From a phage, in the NCBI GenBank assembly GCA_019326865.1, contig GCA_019326865.1_4101.1: 64,000 nucleotides of DNA; one strand, written 5' to 3'. The notes beneath the pieces were generated by a model. The model ran no database searches. It saw nothing but the letters and a program-made list of their open reading frames with translations, and was not told where the DNA came from. Shown here in pieces: positions 22,950 to 32,095 of the stretch (position 1 is its first letter; each line of letters opens with the position of its first letter). Both the position numbers and the translations under genes were made by a program.

Positions 22950-23314
22950 GCCTTGATACAACCCGTGCAACAGATTTATTCACTCGTCTGAATGATGAAG
23001 AATATCTTGCTGAAATAAAGTACAAGCTTGAAAAACTGGCTCGAAGTGCTGAAGTAATTGAAGTTAAAGGTCATTTACCAATGGATCAATTCCATACGTT
23101 CAAAGAAGATATGGTTTATTATCCAAATGAAATTTGGATTGAGTGGGAACATTGGACTAACAAAACTCTACGCATTGAAGGTTATTGTGTGAATTATGAA
23201 TCTGAACCTGGTGATGTTACAAAAACTCTCTCCATTTGGTGTACAAAAACACATGAACTAGTTGAGGTGAATTTGAATTATATGAAAGGTTTCCGTTGGG
23301 GTGATATTCAATGA
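22946..23314 (+). CDS. hypothetical protein
   Basis: 122-aa ORF. Confidence 0.5.
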   Translation: MSLDTTRATDLFTRLNDEEYLAEIKYKLEKLARSAEVIEVKGHLPMDQFHTFKEDMVYYPNEIWIEWEHWTNKTLRIEGYCVNYESEPGDVTKTLSIWCTKTHELVEVNLNYMKGFRWGDIQ

Positions 23315-23586
23315 TTAAAAAACTATTGACAGTTGTCTTTGTATTCTGTACAATGTTTCTTACAGCATGTAATGATGACGGCAGGTTTAGTGCAAAAGAC
23401 TTAGTTCGTCAGGATTGTACATTCACAGGTAAGTCTTTTATTAACGAGTATGAGGTATGTACACAACCAGGCCGTATCTGTGGTGCTTGGGAAAAACGAC
23501 AGGAGCGATTGTATGTATATGAATGCCCTGGACATCTCAACAAAGTAATAAGTACTCACAAACTTGTTTATGATAAGGTTGAATAA
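23311..23586 (+). CDS. putative lipoprotein
   Basis: Signal peptide with lipobox LTAC (MIKKLLTVVFVFCTMFLTACNDD). Confidence 0.55.
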   Translation: MIKKLLTVVFVFCTMFLTACNDDGRFSAKDLVRQDCTFTGKSFINEYEVCTQPGRICGAWEKRQERLYVYECPGHLNKVISTHKLVYDKVE

Positions 23587-23801
23587 TGACTACAAATGAA
23601 ATGATGCAGGTTATTTGGGATAAAGGTTGTGATATTAAAATCACTAGTACTGATGTTCGTGTGTTCAAAACTGAATACCTAGAGTACTTGGACCTTGATA
23701 CTTATAATAATATTGTAGCAATTGAACACAAAGGTGCAGTACTTGAAACTATTGATGTAGTTCTGAAGAAAGCAACAGACCTATTAGGTTCGTCAGTGTG
23801 A
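23586..23801 (+). CDS. hypothetical protein
   Basis: 71-aa ORF. Confidence 0.45.
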   Translation: MTTNEMMQVIWDKGCDIKITSTDVRVFKTEYLEYLDLDTYNNIVAIEHKGAVLETIDVVLKKATDLLGSSV

Positions 23802-23949
23802 ATAATAAAGAGTGGGAAGAATACCGAAAAAAATGCCGAGAGTTTGATAAAGAACTCACAGGTACAGTGAACGCGGTAATGTGGGTATCTGCAATTATTG
23901 CAGTACTTGGTTTGGGTGCTATTATTAATAAATTATTCTAAGGACTAAT

Positions 23950-24150
23950 ATGTTTACTTTATATCTTGCAGTAGCACTAACTAATGGTGAAATCACTCGC
24001 ACCGTTGGTGAAGGTGTATATAATACACCTGAGCAGTGTTACTCTGCGACTCATTGGCCTAGTGATGCTGGTGATAACACTCGCACTGAATACAAATGTA
24101 TGAAGGTTAAAGGTGACTTTGTAAATCTAAAGATTATTGAGACTAAGTAA
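23950..24150 (+). CDS. hypothetical secreted small protein
   Basis: 66 aa, hydrophobic N-terminus. Confidence 0.4.
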   Translation: MFTLYLAVALTNGEITRTVGEGVYNTPEQCYSATHWPSDAGDNTRTEYKCMKVKGDFVNLKIIETK

Positions 24151-24668
24151 TGGATATTAATGAGTTGTTGAACTTATTGTTTAATCGTGAACTCCGCGAT
24201 ACAAGAACAATTGAATATCAAGATGTGATACGTATTGAAACTGATTTTTGTTATGGTAAAACAACTCATGATCTTTTGAATCCATCTGGAAAACGCTATG
24301 CTGATGTTTGTTTTTCTGAAAGAAGTGATGGTTCAGAAATAACAAGTACTGAAATTGTGTTTTATGATAGATCCTCGGCTGGTTCGTATGAAATAGAACT
24401 TATATATTGTCCTTGTTCAGAAACACACAATAAACGTCAGATATTATATGATGTTTATTCACCTCCAGGTATTGCTGAATATTTTGTTATTGATTACAGT
24501 ACTGAAGAAAGTGTGTTTCAACAGAGCTTGATTTATAACTTCCAGTTGAATGATCCATTAGTACCGAAGATTTTCAAACTACTTGACACAATCGATGTTG
24601 AATTTGAATTTGTTATGTGCATTAGAACTTCCTTATTCAATGAATTTGTGGAACTTTTTAATATATGA
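24150..24668 (+). CDS. hypothetical protein, FFQ-motif family member
   Basis: 172 aa; TEESVFQQSLIYNFQLND resembles 9.1-11.5 kb paralogs. Confidence 0.5.
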   Translation: MDINELLNLLFNRELRDTRTIEYQDVIRIETDFCYGKTTHDLLNPSGKRYADVCFSERSDGSEITSTEIVFYDRSSAGSYEIELIYCPCSETHNKRQILYDVYSPPGIAEYFVIDYSTEESVFQQSLIYNFQLNDPLVPKIFKLLDTIDVEFEFVMCIRTSLFNEFVELFNI

Positions 24669-24886
24669 ATAGATACTATGTTGTGTATGAACACGTTTCT
24701 GAATTTAATAACATACGAGGTTATTCCAGAGTTGTCACAAAGATGGATGTATTCATACGTGCTCTTAGTGAAGTAGAGGCACTGTTTAAATTGTTTGATG
24801 AAATTACAAAGTATAACACACTCAAAACACACCGCTATGTGGAAACTGTACATAGCATTATGCTAACTGAAAGTGAGGAGGAATGA
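24665..24886 (+). CDS. hypothetical protein
   Basis: 73-aa ORF. Confidence 0.45.
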   Translation: MNRYYVVYEHVSEFNNIRGYSRVVTKMDVFIRALSEVEALFKLFDEITKYNTLKTHRYVETVHSIMLTESEEE

Positions 24887-24889
24887 TAA

Positions 24890-25108
24890 ATGAATTTATA
24901 TCTTGTTGAAGGATTGGTACAAGTCTATAAACCTGAAGGTGAAGGGCAACGTTTTTTGTATGTAGAAGATTTTAAGTATGTTGTAAAGGCATCTTGTCAA
25001 AGCGATGTTGAAATTCAAGTTCGAGAATCATTTCGTAATAAGAATGCAATTGGAAAATTCAAATATCAGCACTTACAATTCAAAGTATGGCCTAGCTTAA
25101 ATGACTAA
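24890..25108 (+). CDS. hypothetical protein
   Basis: 72-aa ORF. Confidence 0.45.
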   Translation: MNLYLVEGLVQVYKPEGEGQRFLYVEDFKYVVKASCQSDVEIQVRESFRNKNAIGKFKYQHLQFKVWPSLND

Positions 25109-25316
25109 GATGTGGTGGTGTCATGGTGTCTATAACGTGTATGTAAATGGTCAATATAAAATGTCTAGTACCTATGCTAGACGTGTCCATGCGAACAATA
25201 AAGTTGATGCTGCATGTGAGATTATTGAGTGGTATGCTGAGTTCAATACATTTGATTATATGTACGAAATAGTTACAATAAATGTTGTACAAATTGACAC
25301 GTCTCTGATACAATAA
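25101..25316 (+). CDS. hypothetical protein
   Basis: 71-aa ORF overlapping upstream stop. Confidence 0.4.
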   Translation: MTKMWWCHGVYNVYVNGQYKMSSTYARRVHANNKVDAACEIIEWYAEFNTFDYMYEIVTINVVQIDTSLIQ

Positions 25317-25347
25317 CTACATCAAAAAAACTGCAACTGAGGATACT

Positions 25348-26010
25348 ATGTTAGTAAATCTTAATTTCATCACTTCTCCTGATTGGGCATTACGTGGTGT
25401 TTCTTTGAACTTTAAAGAAACTAATTTCGACTACATTGGGGATTGTACTTTAGTTAATGCTACATTTGATCCTCATCATCCTTTTTGGGCTAAGATTCAT
25501 GATCCTAATGTAAACAATAGTGTATCTGTTATGACTATTGTACAGACGAAATATCCTGGCATTCTCGCAGGTGACCATCCTAAAGTTGCAATTAATCATT
25601 TCACTGATTATGATGTAGTAGATGAGTATCCAATGATTCATGAAGATGGAAGTTTATACACATCTGAAGACGTTCGTGCTATCTTTAATAGTACTGATGA
25701 TATTCTACCAAGTGGACGAGCACGTCCTAAGTCTTATCTTATGCATTCATCTTATGGTGTAGCAGATACGCTTGAGCAGATTATGAAGAAGTACAAGAAC
25801 CTAATTGAAGGTCCAGAAGAAGTTGTCATGTGCTATCATCCAGTACTGAAGTCTGAGCAACCAAAGGATGGTGGTTGGCGTTGGCATAAGAATGGTGATT
25901 ATATCGGTACGAAACGAAGTAAAGAACGTTTTGAGTACTTGTATGATGAGCCAGATGTTGATGTGGTTTTGTGTTATAATTTTATTAAGGTGAAAAAGAA
26001 ATGTATCTAG
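25348..26010 (+). CDS. hypothetical protein
   Basis: 220-aa ORF. Confidence 0.55.
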   Translation: MLVNLNFITSPDWALRGVSLNFKETNFDYIGDCTLVNATFDPHHPFWAKIHDPNVNNSVSVMTIVQTKYPGILAGDHPKVAINHFTDYDVVDEYPMIHEDGSLYTSEDVRAIFNSTDDILPSGRARPKSYLMHSSYGVADTLEQIMKKYKNLIEGPEEVVMCYHPVLKSEQPKDGGWRWHKNGDYIGTKRSKERFEYLYDEPDVDVVLCYNFIKVKKKCI

Positions 26011-26243
26011 TACTAAGTTTTGTTGTTGCACTATTGTTTATGTTTTACCCTACACTGGTAGCACTAGCTACAAGACGAACAGTTGGCGATATCACAACAG
26101 TATTCTTGTTAAACGTGGTTCTGGCACTAGTGTCTATTATAATCCCAGTAAACCCCAATGTTATTGACATGGTAACAGTATTTCTCTTTGTATTCAGTTA
26201 TCTTATTCTTATCGATGAAAAACCTGTTGACAAACAATCTTAG
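26001..26243 (+). CDS. small integral membrane protein
   Basis: 80 aa, two hydrophobic helices. Confidence 0.45.
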   Translation: MYLVLSFVVALLFMFYPTLVALATRRTVGDITTVFLLNVVLALVSIIIPVNPNVIDMVTVFLFVFSYLILIDEKPVDKQS

Positions 26244-26295
26244 TGCTGTATAATAGTTCTTGAAATGTAAAAACTTAAATATGAGGGTATAAAAT

Positions 26296-26616
26296 ATGTT
26301 ATCAGTATTGTTTTCAATTCCATCTTTAATTCTAATTTGGATTATTGTGTATGAATGTTTTATTGTAGATGATACGGAGAAAAAAGAATTCAATGAGTTA
26401 TTCATGCTTGATACGCCAGTTGTCCGCATTTTCTATTCTGTAGTTATCGTTTCAGTACTTGCATGGATTGTAAGTTTTATCTTTCCAATGGGTATGATCA
26501 TTAATGTGTTGAATTTGGTTGAAAACACTATTGCTATTCTATGGCTAATTAAAGCGTGGTATTCAGGAAATGTTAATATTTGGATTGATATTATTAAATC
26601 TAAATTTACAAAATAA
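26296..26616 (+). CDS. small integral membrane protein
   Basis: 106 aa; SD GAGGGTATAAAAT-ATG. Confidence 0.5.
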   Translation: MLSVLFSIPSLILIWIIVYECFIVDDTEKKEFNELFMLDTPVVRIFYSVVIVSVLAWIVSFIFPMGMIINVLNLVENTIAILWLIKAWYSGNVNIWIDIIKSKFTK

Positions 26617-26708
26617 GATGTAACAAGTAATAGTGAAACAACCTAGTTATTATTAAATACTTCTGTACATACATATAGTACAGAAGTATTTCTTAGTAGA
26701 GGTTTGTT

Positions 26709-27068
26709 ATGAATACTTATATAAAATTAATAGCACTTACTTGCTTGTTATTGTCTTTTTTTAGTTACGGTTCGTCATCTGAAACACAATGTCGTAGTAC
26801 TAATGGAACGATGTATTCATTAACTAACGATCCCGGAAATGGTAAAAATATTGTTATCAATGGTGAAACTTATCGTTTTAAAGTGCAAAGCATTATTGGT
26901 AATAAAAAGATAACGACTTATATTAATGATTCTGGGACACTTGCAAATGTTATATTAATTGTTAATCCAAAAACAGGTAGTGGTGATATCTATATAGTAA
27001 TTTATTTAGATTCAGCACAACAACGAGAATTAGATATAGATGAATTAAATCTTCATTGCAAAATATAG
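26709..27068 (+). CDS. hypothetical secreted protein
   Basis: Signal-peptide-like MNTYIKLIALTCLLLSFFSYGSS. Confidence 0.5.
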   Translation: MNTYIKLIALTCLLLSFFSYGSSSETQCRSTNGTMYSLTNDPGNGKNIVINGETYRFKVQSIIGNKKITTYINDSGTLANVILIVNPKTGSGDIYIVIYLDSAQQRELDIDELNLHCKI

Positions 27069-27078
27069 GGTATAAAAT

Positions 27079-27456
27079 ATGATAGATTCTATGGTAATTG
27101 GGTTGATAAGTATTCCATTTATTTTGTCTTTTATAATTTCCATATGCATGATTGTGTATTTTATATTTGCTGGAATGTATTTTGTTTTAACAAACAAGTA
27201 TATTTTCATTTCTAAGCTTGATTCAATATTTGCATGTGAAACTTTAGCTTACAACTTATGGATAATCTGCTCTAGTATTATGGGATTGACTTACCTTTTA
27301 TATAAATTTGATTTTATTAATGCAAATATTGTATATATTAGTGCTGGATTAGCATTATATCCTGCTACATGGTACTTGATTTATGTTGTGGACATATGGT
27401 ATAGTACTTACAAAGAATACCAGTGTAAAAAATCATCAAAAGTTGAGGGGAAATGA
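27079..27456 (+). CDS. small integral membrane protein
   Basis: 125 aa; same AGGGTATAAAAT-ATG initiation region as 26296. Confidence 0.5.
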   Translation: MIDSMVIGLISIPFILSFIISICMIVYFIFAGMYFVLTNKYIFISKLDSIFACETLAYNLWIICSSIMGLTYLLYKFDFINANIVYISAGLALYPATWYLIYVVDIWYSTYKEYQCKKSSKVEGK

Positions 27457-27809
27457 TTATGAAAATTATCTTGTTTTTTGTATCTATGTTATTATGCGGA
27501 TTTGTATATGCTGAACCACTCGAAGGCTTAGTTTGCACTGACGGACAAATCAAACATATCTATCAAGGTGATAGTTATGATCATGATATTGTTTATATTG
27601 ATGGTCAACAATATAACTTTGTTAAAGAGCATACTATTGGCGACATTAGCTTCAATGAGTTTTCAAACGATGAAGACCCTAACGCATTGGCATTTATGGA
27701 AGTTGATTTGTATGAAGATAGTAATGGTACACAATATGCTAAACTTGTTATGATGCGTCGTGGTGCTAAAGAAACAAGTTTCGGTGGTTTATGTAAATAT
27801 AAGGATTAA
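27453..27809 (+). CDS. hypothetical secreted protein
   Basis: Signal-peptide-like MIMKIILFFVSMLLCGFVYAE. Confidence 0.5.
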   Translation: MIMKIILFFVSMLLCGFVYAEPLEGLVCTDGQIKHIYQGDSYDHDIVYIDGQQYNFVKEHTIGDISFNEFSNDEDPNALAFMEVDLYEDSNGTQYAKLVMMRRGAKETSFGGLCKYKD

Positions 27810-27814
27810 TTATT

Positions 27815-28006
27815 ATGCTGATTTATCAATGTGATAATATTCGTGTTCTACAACATCCTTATCTTCAAATCTTTCATGTTCAGATGTTTATGGAAGGTGA
27901 TAATCCGAGAACTTATGAACGCACATATGATTATTTCACGGTCAAAGAGTGCGACAACATCGATGAAGTACGACGATTAGTACATGAACTCCAAAACAAA
28001 GGTTGA
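27815..28006 (+). CDS. hypothetical protein
   Basis: 63-aa ORF ending at terminator. Confidence 0.45.
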   Translation: MLIYQCDNIRVLQHPYLQIFHVQMFMEGDNPRTYERTYDYFTVKECDNIDEVRRLVHELQNKG

Positions 28007-28032
28007 CTTCGGTCAGCCTTTTTTGTTATAAT
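28001..28032 (+). promoter_or_regulatory. terminator-promoter cassette (GGTTGACT hairpin + T-run + TATAAT)
   Basis: GGTTGACTTCGGTCAGCC + T6, TTGACT in stem acts as -35 for TTATAAT ~17 nt downstream. Confidence 0.55.
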
Positions 28033-28060
28033 TATTTTATATTCTAATGGAGTTTAAATT

Positions 28061-28501
28061 ATGTTAGTATATCGTTTTGAACTTAAATTTAGTTACATTG
28101 AACCTTATTTGAAACCAGCAACAAATGTTGGTCCATTTGCACGGTATTCTTCAAAATACAGTACTAAAAATGGTTTTGACCGTTTGTATATGTCTACGCC
28201 TACTCAGTTCCAACCTGAACCAACTGATGATGGAATCTATTCAATCAAATATGGATGGGCATTTGGCTGTCAAAGTTTGAATGATTTGTTTCGGTTCTTT
28301 ACTATGGACTTGGGTAAATTACATCGTGCTGGGTTTGCTATTTCCGTATATGACGTACCTGATAATCATGTGGATATTGGTCGTAATCAGGTTCAGTACT
28401 ATTGCGGTAGTGCAATATTGGTTCGTATCATGTCAGTTAAGGATGCAAAGGTGGAGTACCGTCAAAGTAAAAGAGTAATACATGAGGTTCTATATGGATA
28501 A
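28061..28501 (+). CDS. hypothetical protein
   Basis: 146-aa ORF. Confidence 0.5.
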   Translation: MLVYRFELKFSYIEPYLKPATNVGPFARYSSKYSTKNGFDRLYMSTPTQFQPEPTDDGIYSIKYGWAFGCQSLNDLFRFFTMDLGKLHRAGFAISVYDVPDNHVDIGRNQVQYYCGSAILVRIMSVKDAKVEYRQSKRVIHEVLYG

Positions 28502-28838
28502 GACACAAATAGAATTGAAAAAATTTGTATCATTCTATCTACCAAATGATCCACGTAATTCACAAAAAGATTTTGAATATTATAATATCCTAAGTAAACA
28601 GTTAATGAGAAAGTTTCAACAGTGTTTAAGTATATTCAATACCGATGGTAGACGTAGATACCGAATCATTTCAATGAATGATGAAAACGCAAACTACTTT
28701 GATTATGATGTTGTTTTTAGAGCATATAATGATGACCGAATTAAATTAAATTATGAACAAATAATATTTGATCTAAGTGCTATATCTGTTATAATTACTC
28801 ACATCGCCGAGATTAATGGTTTTAAAGAGTGGTATTGA
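28494..28838 (+). CDS. hypothetical protein
   Basis: Track ORF 28482..28838 trimmed to ATG 28494. Confidence 0.45.
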   Translation: MDKTQIELKKFVSFYLPNDPRNSQKDFEYYNILSKQLMRKFQQCLSIFNTDGRRRYRIISMNDENANYFDYDVVFRAYNDDRIKLNYEQIIFDLSAISVIITHIAEINGFKEWY

Positions 28839-28852
28839 ATAGAGGACAATAT

Positions 28853-29119
28853 ATGAAGCTTAAATTGCAATATAATGGATTTACTTTACGTAATGATACT
28901 GAGTTTGTCAATCGTTCACCTGGTGCTGAACTTTTTTTGCGAGAGATGAACATTCCTTTCATTATCACTACTGTAGGGGATCGTGAAGTTTTACAATACG
29001 CAGAGCATCCTATTATTGATGTTCCTTGGTACTCTGAACATATGTACATGGATATGGCACGTCGCTACAACTGTAAGTTCATAGTAGAAGGTGATAAAAT
29101 TACAGTACAATTTAAATGA
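28853..29119 (+). CDS. hypothetical protein
   Basis: SD AGAGGA before ATG 28853. Confidence 0.45.
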   Translation: MKLKLQYNGFTLRNDTEFVNRSPGAELFLREMNIPFIITTVGDREVLQYAEHPIIDVPWYSEHMYMDMARRYNCKFIVEGDKITVQFK

Positions 29120-29260
29120 TGTGAATTGAAATGAACATTTAATCATCATTGCAAATGTAGAAATGGTGTACATGAAGTATAATATAAAAAGGGAAATCAT
29201 ATATGGCTTCCCCTTTTTCTTATTACGTACAATTAAGTACATATATTAATTGAGGAAATT

Positions 29261-29833
29261 ATGAATCGTAAAGGTCGTTTTAAGGTATCAAAGAAGAATA
29301 AGAGTTCTAGGTTTAAACCTATAGTGTTAACAGTTAAAGCTAAAGAAAAATTAACTGCACTTAGTAAAAAGATCATTTCATCTAAGATCAAAATATCATA
29401 TATAAATTCAGTAAAATATCAAAATGTCAAACCACGAGATCAACTTATTTCACTTATATTTAAACGTAATGATTTTGAGATATCAGTAGATGATTATAGA
29501 GCCTATAATGCTAGTTTCATTAATGTTACTTGTACTACAGAACTAACTGAATTAGAACATTTGTCATGTATAGTAAATCTCGATAAAGGTGTAGTGAAAT
29601 ACCACTTTGTACATTTTACTAATATTAATGATGGAACGGGTGTACAATCCAGAACTATAGTACCTACATGCGATGTGACTAAATTATCAAAGCTCAATGA
29701 TGAAGAATACTTTCAAGAAAGCATCGTAACTGAACATTTAGATAATATAATAGCTACTTACAAAGAATGTATATGGGTTTTGAATGCTATCAAGCCTAAA
29801 TTGTGTTTAATGAATATTGTTCGTGATTTATGA
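29261..29833 (+). CDS. hypothetical protein, basic N-terminus, C-terminal EEYFQESIV motif
   Basis: 190 aa; MNRKGRFKVSKKNKSSRFK N-terminus. Confidence 0.5.
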   Translation: MNRKGRFKVSKKNKSSRFKPIVLTVKAKEKLTALSKKIISSKIKISYINSVKYQNVKPRDQLISLIFKRNDFEISVDDYRAYNASFINVTCTTELTELEHLSCIVNLDKGVVKYHFVHFTNINDGTGVQSRTIVPTCDVTKLSKLNDEEYFQESIVTEHLDNIIATYKECIWVLNAIKPKLCLMNIVRDL

Positions 29834-29846
29834 ATGGGGAATTAAA

Positions 29847-30290
29847 ATGGGTTGGGTAAATGTAAATGCTATTGAACTTAACGAACAAGATATTTTTGCA
29901 TTTGTGAATTTGACCAATAATACAGTACTGAAAGGGCGTTTGTTCAGTGCGAGTGATGGATATAAATGGATCTCGTTGATGGATGATTGTGGTGTGATTT
30001 ATAATGTAATGCAATTGCCACAATGGGTATATAGTAATACTTCTGACGATGTTCTTGCCGCTGTTATGCGTGAGTTTGAAAAACTACCAGGTGGTGATAT
30101 GAAAAACAAAATTTTTAATGCAGAACGTCATAATTATACAGCACAGCAATTGGAATCACTTGCCATTGCTGCATATCAAGCTGCTATTAAGAAGCCAGAG
30201 TGTGTTATTCTTAAGTACGTCCCAGACTTAAAACTCACGTTGGAAGATATGGACGCATTCATTTTTACATCTGAACTGGACCAGTACTGA
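29847..30290 (+). CDS. hypothetical protein
   Basis: Track ORF 29817..30290 trimmed to ATG 29847. Confidence 0.45.
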   Translation: MGWVNVNAIELNEQDIFAFVNLTNNTVLKGRLFSASDGYKWISLMDDCGVIYNVMQLPQWVYSNTSDDVLAAVMREFEKLPGGDMKNKIFNAERHNYTAQQLESLAIAAYQAAIKKPECVILKYVPDLKLTLEDMDAFIFTSELDQY

Positions 30291-30404
30291 TTTAACTTTG
30301 GGACAAACTTTTCTATAATGATATAATTTCCTTGTCAGATTATTTAAATGACATGTTGAAGTATAAATATTATTGTAACGTTATCTCTTATAGGAGTTAT
30401 AAAA

Positions 30405-30788
30405 ATGGTTGATAAATGGAATAAGAAAGATCCATCCCATGATGTTGATATTTCTGGTCTAGATGATGCACATAAGCATAAGTATCTAGATTCACTAGGT
30501 CTTCTCAAACCGGACCAAAGTCTTGCACACGAACGCCCATCACGTGAAAAAGCATTCAGTCTAGAATCACTTGGTCATGAGCTAAATCGTGTGTTTGAAG
30601 AACACCCAATTTATGTACGTGATATTATTGAGAAACTTAAAGTAACTCCTAAAGAGCACTTTAAAGCAACTGTACATTCTGCATTCCGTGCATTGCATGA
30701 TTCTCTCAAGAAAACTCATAATCTTCGTAAAATTCATGATGAAATTGTGAATGCAATCGAAAGTGAAAAGCATAAGTTTAAGAAGTAA
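30405..30788 (+). CDS. hypothetical Lys-rich protein (KYLDSLGLL motif)
   Basis: 127 aa; SD TAGGAG; shares HKYLDSLGLLK motif with 32096 ORF. Confidence 0.5.
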   Translation: MVDKWNKKDPSHDVDISGLDDAHKHKYLDSLGLLKPDQSLAHERPSREKAFSLESLGHELNRVFEEHPIYVRDIIEKLKVTPKEHFKATVHSAFRALHDSLKKTHNLRKIHDEIVNAIESEKHKFKK

Positions 30789-30795
30789 TAGAAAT

Positions 30796-30822
30796 GGGGT
30801 TGACTTCGGTCGGCCTTTTTTT
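30796..30822 (+). terminator. rho-independent terminator (GGTTGACT-hairpin family)
   Basis: GGGGTTGACTTCGGTCGGCC + T7. Confidence 0.65.
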
Positions 30823-30867
30823 ATATAGTAAATATATGAAATAACAAAGATTCAGGGATTATATTTC

Positions 30868-32052
30868 ATGGCTAGTGGGATACGATTAACACAAGAAGAA
30901 GCTGAAAAATTAGTAGCGAATAGATGTTTAGAACAAAATTATACATATAAACCTTTCACTTATATTAACACTAAAACAATATTAGAACTTAAATGTGATA
31001 ACTTTGAACATGAAGAATGGAAATGTAAATTTAGTAAATTCATTTACAAAAGAACTGGGTGTCCAGAATGTAAAGGAAGAAATTCTTTAAAAGAAAAAAC
31101 AGCAAGAACTAAAGTTCATGAAATATGTGAATTAAAAGGATATACTTATGAACCATTTGATTTTAACGGTGCTATAGGAACAAAAATAATAATTCATTGT
31201 GGAGTTGACTCCCATAAACCACATGAAACTAATTATAATTCTTTAGTTAATAAGAAAAATGGATGTATTGAGTGTGGTGGAAAGTTAAAATTAACCCAAC
31301 AACAAGCAGAATTAAATGTAATTAACATATGTAATACTACTGGATATACTTATAAACCTTTTGAATATAAAAATAATAGAACTAAAATTACATTAAAATG
31401 TTGCAATCCAGACCATGATGAATTTAGTTTAAGTTATGATAAATTTGTATATCAAGGTAATGGGTGTGTAAAATGTGGAAATCAATCCACAGCTAGAAAA
31501 CTTTGTCTTTCACAAGATGAATCAATTAAAAGGCTTAATGAAATTTGTACATCTAAAGGATATACTTATAAACCATTTATATATAAAAATGTACATACAT
31601 TAATTACATTAAAATGTTCAGAATGTGAACATCCTGAATGGACAACTCGATATCAAAATATTGTTCAAAAGCAAAGAGGTTGTCCAAGTTGTAGTCGAGG
31701 TGGATATGACCCAAGTAAACCTGGTTATTTTTATATACATCGAGTTCTAGGTAATGGTAGGATATATTATAAATTTGGTATAACAAACAATTATATATAC
31801 AGATTTGAACAATATAATAAGAACTTATTTAGAACTGAAAAATATAAAACATATTACAGTACTGATGGTATTTTAATCAAAGAACTTGAATATTTTATTA
31901 AACATATGAGTGGCATAAAAAGAAAAGTTATTGATAAAATAAATTATTTGGACGGGTATACTGAAACAATCAATGAATCAGAATATGAAAAATTAATAAA
32001 AATAATTGAATCATATAATGTACAAGAACTTGATGTGAACAGTATTAAGTAG
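30868..32052 (+). CDS. GIY-YIG/T5orf172-like nuclease with four N-terminal Cys-containing repeats
   Basis: Four ~60-aa repeats each with YTYKPF and GCPEC/GCIECG/GCVKCG/GCPSC; C-terminal PGYFYIHRV...IYYKFGITNN...RFEQY. Confidence 0.5.
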   Translation: MASGIRLTQEEAEKLVANRCLEQNYTYKPFTYINTKTILELKCDNFEHEEWKCKFSKFIYKRTGCPECKGRNSLKEKTARTKVHEICELKGYTYEPFDFNGAIGTKIIIHCGVDSHKPHETNYNSLVNKKNGCIECGGKLKLTQQQAELNVINICNTTGYTYKPFEYKNNRTKITLKCCNPDHDEFSLSYDKFVYQGNGCVKCGNQSTARKLCLSQDESIKRLNEICTSKGYTYKPFIYKNVHTLITLKCSECEHPEWTTRYQNIVQKQRGCPSCSRGGYDPSKPGYFYIHRVLGNGRIYYKFGITNNYIYRFEQYNKNLFRTEKYKTYYSTDGILIKELEYFIKHMSGIKRKVIDKINYLDGYTETINESEYEKLIKIIESYNVQELDVNSIK

Positions 32053-32095
32053 TATAATAAATAATAATATATTATATGTTAAAGGAGGGCACACG

